DNA of 64,000 nucleotides from the human T2T-CHM13v2.0 reference genome, Homo sapiens: NCBI GenBank assembly GCA_009914755.4, contig CP068257.2, positions 13,568,001 to 13,632,000 of the forward strand, read 5' to 3'. Shown piece by piece: positions 58,046 to 64,000 of this stretch (position 1 is its first letter; each line of letters starts with the position of its first letter). The notes under the pieces were generated by a model. It saw only the letters and a program-made list of their open reading frames with translations, ran no database searches and was not told where the DNA came from. The position numbers and the translations under genes were made by a program.

Positions 58046-58350
58046 GGCTGGGCACTGTGGCTCATGCCTGTAATCCCAGCATTTTGGGAAGCCAGTGCAC
58101 GCCAGATCACCTGCAGTCAGGAGTTTGAGACCAGCCTGGCTAAGATGGTGAAACCCCGTCTCTACTAAAAAACACACACACACAAATTGTCCGGACATGA
58201 TAGCGGGCACCTATAGTCCCAGCTACTCAGGAGGCTGAGGCAGAGAATCGCTTGAACCCAGGAGACAGAGGTTGCGGTGAGCTGAGATTGCACCACTGCA
58301 CTCCGTCCTGGGTGACAGAGCAAGACTCCCTCTCAAACAAACAAACAAAA
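58046..58350 (+). mobile_element. Alu SINE, full length, with perfect 14-bp TSD
   Basis: It starts ggctgggcactgtggctcatgcctgtaatcccagcattttgggaagcc and ends gactccctctcaaacaaacaaacaaaaa. The TSD aaagaacttgttct lies at 58032-58045 and 58351-58364. Confidence 0.95.
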
Positions 58351-58589
58351 AAAGAACTTGTTCTATGGGTAAAGTGATGAAAATTAATATGGCAGATTTC
58401 TGCAGAAAAGGGATATTTAATTTCAATTCAACCTGCATATGGTGAGTACTTGTCACCTGTAAGGTGCTGTGTCAGCTTCTGGGACATAAACAGAAAATTA
58501 TTGTGTATCTACTATTGGATTGTTTTATATGATATTTGGTGGTGATAGGGAAGGTAAGTGTTTTTAGGGACATTCAGGTAAATGGTGTT

Positions 58590-58947
58590 TGATATGCTTT
58601 GGCTGTGTCCCCACCCAAATCTCAGCCTGAATTGTATCTCCCACAATTCCAAGGTGTTGTGGGAGAGACCCAGGGAAATGTAATTAAATCACGGGGGCCG
58701 GTCTTTCCTGTGCTATTCTCATGATAGTGAGTAAGTCTCATGAGATCTGACAGGCTTATCAGGGGGTTCCCCTTTTGCTTCTCCATCATTTTTTTCTCTT
58801 GCCCCTGCCATGTAAGATGTGCCTTTCACCTCCCGCCATGATTCTGAGGCCTTCCCAGCCATGTGGAACTGTAGGTCCAATTAAACCTCTTTTCATTCCC
58901 AGTTTTGGGTGTGTTTTTATCAGGAGTGTGAAAATGGATTAATACAG
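58590..58947 (+). mobile_element. THE1-type MaLR solo LTR, full length, about 358 bp
   Basis: It starts tgatatgctttggctgtgtccccacccaaatctcagcctgaattgtatctcccacaattccaaggtgttgtgggagagacccagg and ends gtctttcctgtgctattctcatgatagtgagtaagtctcatgagatctgacagg...ccagccatgtggaactgtaggtccaattaaacctcttttcattccc...gtgtgaaaatggattaatacag. Confidence 0.85.
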
Positions 58948-59425
58948 TGTCCATTGATTGATCTGCAGCATAATATGAAAGGAATGAATTGGTAGAATAA
59001 GACAGCCTTATCAAAAAAACAGTGGAGTATTATCCTTATATACCTATTTCAAGGGCAATATTTGATTGCCAGGCACAGGCCTACTTTTCAAATATATGGT
59101 TCATGCAGCAAACAATAATTTTTGTTTTTTGGTTCTTGATACACAAAGCACCCAGTATCAATAATGATACACTAATAACCTAACAGAAAAGCCCTATACA
59201 TAACTTTTTTTCCTTTTCTTCCATGATGTTGAATCAGAGGTGCATTAAATCTGGCTCTTGTGACACTATTCCAGTTTTTATGTAAAAAAGCAACAAAATT
59301 CTGCTCAACAGGCAGAGGAATGAAAAAAGAAAATACTAAAAATGATTTTTGCTTAGGTACATATAACTTCTATGTTGTCATCTTTATTTTCCATCTGTAT
59401 CTCATTCTTTGTTTTCAGGCTGTAA

Positions 59426-59824
<399 letters not shown>

Positions 59825-61016
59825 TGACTTCCAGCTTAGGGAGAGAGCATGCCTGGGTGGGTCATTCCCTCCACTATTTCTATAGTTTTAAATGTGTTTG
59901 TTTTTTAATCAAAGTGCATTATTCTGCATTAGTCAGACCTAAGTGGGCAAATACATTCTCCAAATTCTGGAGGAAAAACCAACAAAACTCATAAGATGTG
60001 TTGATTTCAAAATATCAAGTGCCCTAAATTCATAGTTGCAGTGAAAACTATCACATTTGTTAAATGAAGGAGTTAATTATGTAAGATTCTTATGCCAGGA
60101 AGGGGAAAAAGAAAAATAAGTTTATTTTTTTTCCATATCTGTCAATTGAAAATATAAAGTGTTACAGCTGAAACATGAATATTTTAAAGTAAGAGCAAAT
60201 GCTTGTAATTCTTCTTGGGCAGTGGTTTCAGGCATGTCCTTTACTGGCAATGAACCACATGCGGGGAGAATCTATCTCACTGTGCCAAGGAGTTATTTAT
60301 GCTTGCCTTAGACGCCCAGGACTTGAGTTTATTACACATTTTTCTCCTCTTTTGCATAAAGTAGTCCAAATCTCTTTCCATTTACCTATCATATTTTTTC
60401 ATTTTAATCAGGTGCAATTTTGATTTTTCTCTTTGGGTTCATGAGTAATGTTTGCAAAATCAAATCAATGAAAAAAGACACTGTAATTTATATTTTCATA
60501 TTTTTTCCTGGGGTTCTTACAGAGAACACAGCCCCAAACCCAGGGGAAACTATTCCCAGAAGTGCAATGGAGTTGAGTATCATGATCTTCAAACTATCTT
60601 TAGTTTATACGGTTTATACATTGAAGAAAATAAATGCAATTGTGAATGCCTAATGGAACTCTCTGGCACATACTACTGGGTACTTATATATAGTCTGATA
60701 AAAAATTAAAACCAATTTATCAAAATGACAACACACTTGTTAATTTGGAACATTCTTAATGTCCATTTAAAGTGCAATACTCAGTAATTTATTCCATTTT
60801 GGAGATTTCAAGTTATCAGCATTTAGTACAATTTATAGCTCATGCTTAATTTTGCTATTATTTACTTTAGCAAATAAAAGGCATCTTACTCTGCAAAAAA
60901 AGTGCTGATTCTTATTTTATGGAGTACCTCAGTGTAATAGATTTAGTGTGGAAAACAAATTGAAAGCCTTCTACCACCAAATTAGAGTTTTAAACTTACG
61001 TTAGCTCTTAGGTGCG

Positions 61017-61100
61017 TGGCTCTCACACTTTAGTACCTTGAAGAAACAACCAGGAAGTTTGTTAAAAATGCAAATCCCTGACTTCTAGTCCCCAGGGACT
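61017..61100 (+). mobile_element. Possible hAT-Charlie MITE fragment (MER20/MER5-like)
   Basis: gtggctctcacactttagtaccttgaagaaacaaccaggaagtttgttaaaaatgcaaatccctgacttctagtccccagggactc resembles cagtggttctcaaagtgtggtccc...gaacttgttagaaatgcaaattctcgggccccacccc from my recollection of the MER20 consensus. The match is weak. Confidence 0.3.
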
Positions 61101-64000
61101 CTTATCAGAAGGTGTGAAATGGAACCAAGTAATCTGCATTGATTTTTAATTATCACCCCTGAATAATTCTGTTTCTATGAAGCATTTTGAGATACTCATT
61201 TTGAGATAAAAGAATTTGTGTTTTTTGTACACAATGTCTTTTTTATATAAATTATTGATTAATAGCTTTAGTAATCCTAAAATTAATCAAGTGGATGATT
61301 ATTTTTGAGAATTTATGTGATCTTTTAAAAATTTAATTTTTAGAAATTGTTCCATTTTGTATTAACATTACAAATTGTGTCATTAAGACTAAACAAAAAT
61401 CACCAAATCAATAATTCACTTAATAGACTGTGATCTACATGGAAAGCTATACATATTTAAATTTGTCAGGTGTATCCTTTTCTTAAACAACATTATTCAC
61501 AGGGAAATTCAGATAATGAAACATATCATCAGAAAAATAAATACAACAAGCAGCTAATATTTATATACACTGAAAAGAATAGGCTGATTTAGTAGAGTAA
61601 TATTCTGTGGTGTTACAAAGACTTCCCAAAGAATATGGATTTTAGAAGTATGTTCAATGCTGAGATCTCATTCTGGCCATGTACTGCGATAATGTTCATT
61701 ACTACGGAACCAAAATCCACCTTGCTGTGAATATTCAGGCTTCAGAAACAAGCATATTCTAAGTGACATCATTCTAACTGATAACCTCATTTTTTTCTGA
61801 CAAGGAGCTAACAATGGTGTCATTATAAAAGAATGGTTTAAGAATTGAAGGAGATAATATATGCTGCTATTATGGGTAAGAGTGGAAGACCAGTGAGTCC
61901 CCTACAGAAAGTCACTCAATCCTGAAATATTTCCTCAAACAGAAAAGTCGGTTATAGAGGAATACTAGATGTCAACTGGTAGATAACACCTTAGACTTGA
62001 AATTACCATCTAAGAAGAAATAACAAAAAGACTTTTTCATGGTTCTTTATATCCCAGAGGCCATAGGAGAGAATCAACCTTATTAAAAACAAAAATGGAG
62101 ATGCCACACATATCGTCAAGGATATGAATATGGAAATAGGCAAGTTATAGGTATACAAATAAATTCTAGGCTCTAGGAAAGGAAAGGCAGAAGGGAAGAG
62201 AGACTCAAGCACCATCAAAGTATAGAGCTTCAGAGCAACATTCCTTCTCTGGCTCTTGGGAGATCTTGACAGAAGAGGGCAGTTCTTAGGTGTTGAGTGA
62301 CTAGTCGGAGAAAAGGAGAACGTTACAAGCAATTTCTAAGGAATTGGGAGCCCAGGGCATTCCTGCTCTTGAAGATACTATGGCAGGAACCTTAAAAGTT
62401 TCATTTTTTTCTGACATGCCATCTGAATTTGAAGAGCCTAAAGCAGAAGAACCAGAAAATTCAGTTACCTAGGTCTACATCCATTATCCAGGCAAAAGGC
62501 CATAGAATCAACTCTATTGGTACTGTTTATGTTTGCCAAATGAGCAATTTCAAATATTAAAACGACATCAATACAGGTTTCTGGAGAAGCTCACTGACAT
62601 TAACAGCATTGCCAAAAATGTAACGCAAACTTCTTAACATTTGTCATATTTAGGGAGTTCTATTTTTCAGTTCATTTTCATAGAGCTGGAAAAAGGAAAC
62701 ATAAATTGCTGTGGCAGTAGGGGAAGGAAACCAAAGTTTAGCGAAGGCTTATCATGGGTCTCACATTGTGTTATGCAGTTTATATATGGTCACATTTGGT
62801 AAGTTTAGGATATATGTGAAGTGTACTAAAGAAGCAAGAGATAACATGTGGTTTACAGACATTTCAAGGTTTAATAATGAACCTGCTATCTCAAACTACT
62901 TTACCAGTTTAACTTATTAATTGTTGAAATTTTCAAACCAACCAACCCTGAGAAGAGTCTGCGAATCTATACATTTTCACATACACATCCATTTACATTC
63001 ATTGGAACACCTTTTTGAAGGCTTCTACAACTATAGTTATCAGTCTTGGAAAAATAAAAATGATGTATTGAAATTTTCCTATAACTGTCATTGTGACGGT
63101 TGTGAGGAAGGTCAGGGCAAATTATACAACAACACGGAGCATGGGTTTTATTTGGGAAACTTACAAAATAAAATTACCTTGCAAAGGTTGGCAAGAAGCA
63201 ATGCATATCTCCCTTTTCTCAGCATTCCATAGAGAAGTATGCCAGCTATGAGCAGTGCAGCTTGTGCCCTGGTAATTCCACTTCTTACAGTGTAAGCAGA
63301 GAATGGCCCAACGGTGACTGTGTTAGCCTTAGTTTTCCTGAAAGCAGAGATGTTTGAGCAGTGTATTTGGGAGTGTGATTTCACGGGGGCAAGAACAAGA
63401 GATGGGCAAAGAAATACACAGAAAGAGAGCAAATGACCCAGTATAAGTTATCCATTTAGTCACTGACAAGTTGGCTGACAAGTTGCTCAACACTGTGGAA
63501 CAGCCTGAGTGGTATGACACATGTCTTGGGATCATCAGCTCAAAGGGAAAAAAAGGGGAAATATTCACCCATTGGCATCTGTCTCTCAATGGCCAAAAAT
63601 TGTCCCAGGGGGCATTAATTTACTCTGCAATTTCTATCAGTCTTCTCTTTGTGTGAGAGGCGTCCTAGCACAGGATCGAGGGGTTCTTATCCAATGCCTG
63701 AGGGGAGGTATTGTCAGATTGCCTTTATAGAAAACTGATCAGAGTTCATGGCTGGAATAACAAACGATGTTTGAGTAAGTGTATGATATGCAAATTTCCC
63801 TTCAGGTGGAGGGCTTGATGTTTTGGACTCAGTTACTAATAGGTTAGGTGCCAGCTGTCACAGCTCAGCTCCTGGAGACCTAGTGAGCCCATGGGAGATT
63901 GCAACATCTTCTCCTGGGAGCCACCCATCCTGTGGGAATTTGGTTTTGAAATGCAGCTGGAGTAAATGCGGGATTCCAAGATAGCTTGTCCATCACCAGG

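Overview
This window reads as primate, most likely human, nuclear DNA. It is AT-rich and dominated by interspersed repeats. The six-frame ORF track is therefore uninformative: the only ORFs with recognisable products are L1 ORF2p remnants. I found no convincing protein-coding exon, RNA gene, CpG-island promoter or prokaryote-type system, and I see no evidence for an undescribed biological system. What I can support from the sequence: about 20 Alu elements, several with perfect 14-19 bp target-site duplications (TSDs), and a six-Alu same-orientation cluster at 13.0-18.3 kb. There is a solitary HERV9 LTR12C (5064-6620, minus strand), the only GC-rich block, with its promoter motifs recognisable. 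There is a young 5'-truncated L1 of about 2 kb (48875-50908, minus) with perfect 16-bp TSDs. There are two short L1 insertions whose inverted 5' segments fit twin priming. There is an older L1 3' end that still has TSDs. There are four MaLR LTRs of the THE1/MST type, likely MLT1-type LTRs, MIR fragments, a palindromic MITE and several microsatellites. The findings section gives structural details: TSDs, inversions, local duplications, an inverted Alu pair, and a tail-less Alu inside a MIR. Element family names marked uncertain are from memory and should be checked with RepeatMasker/Dfam.
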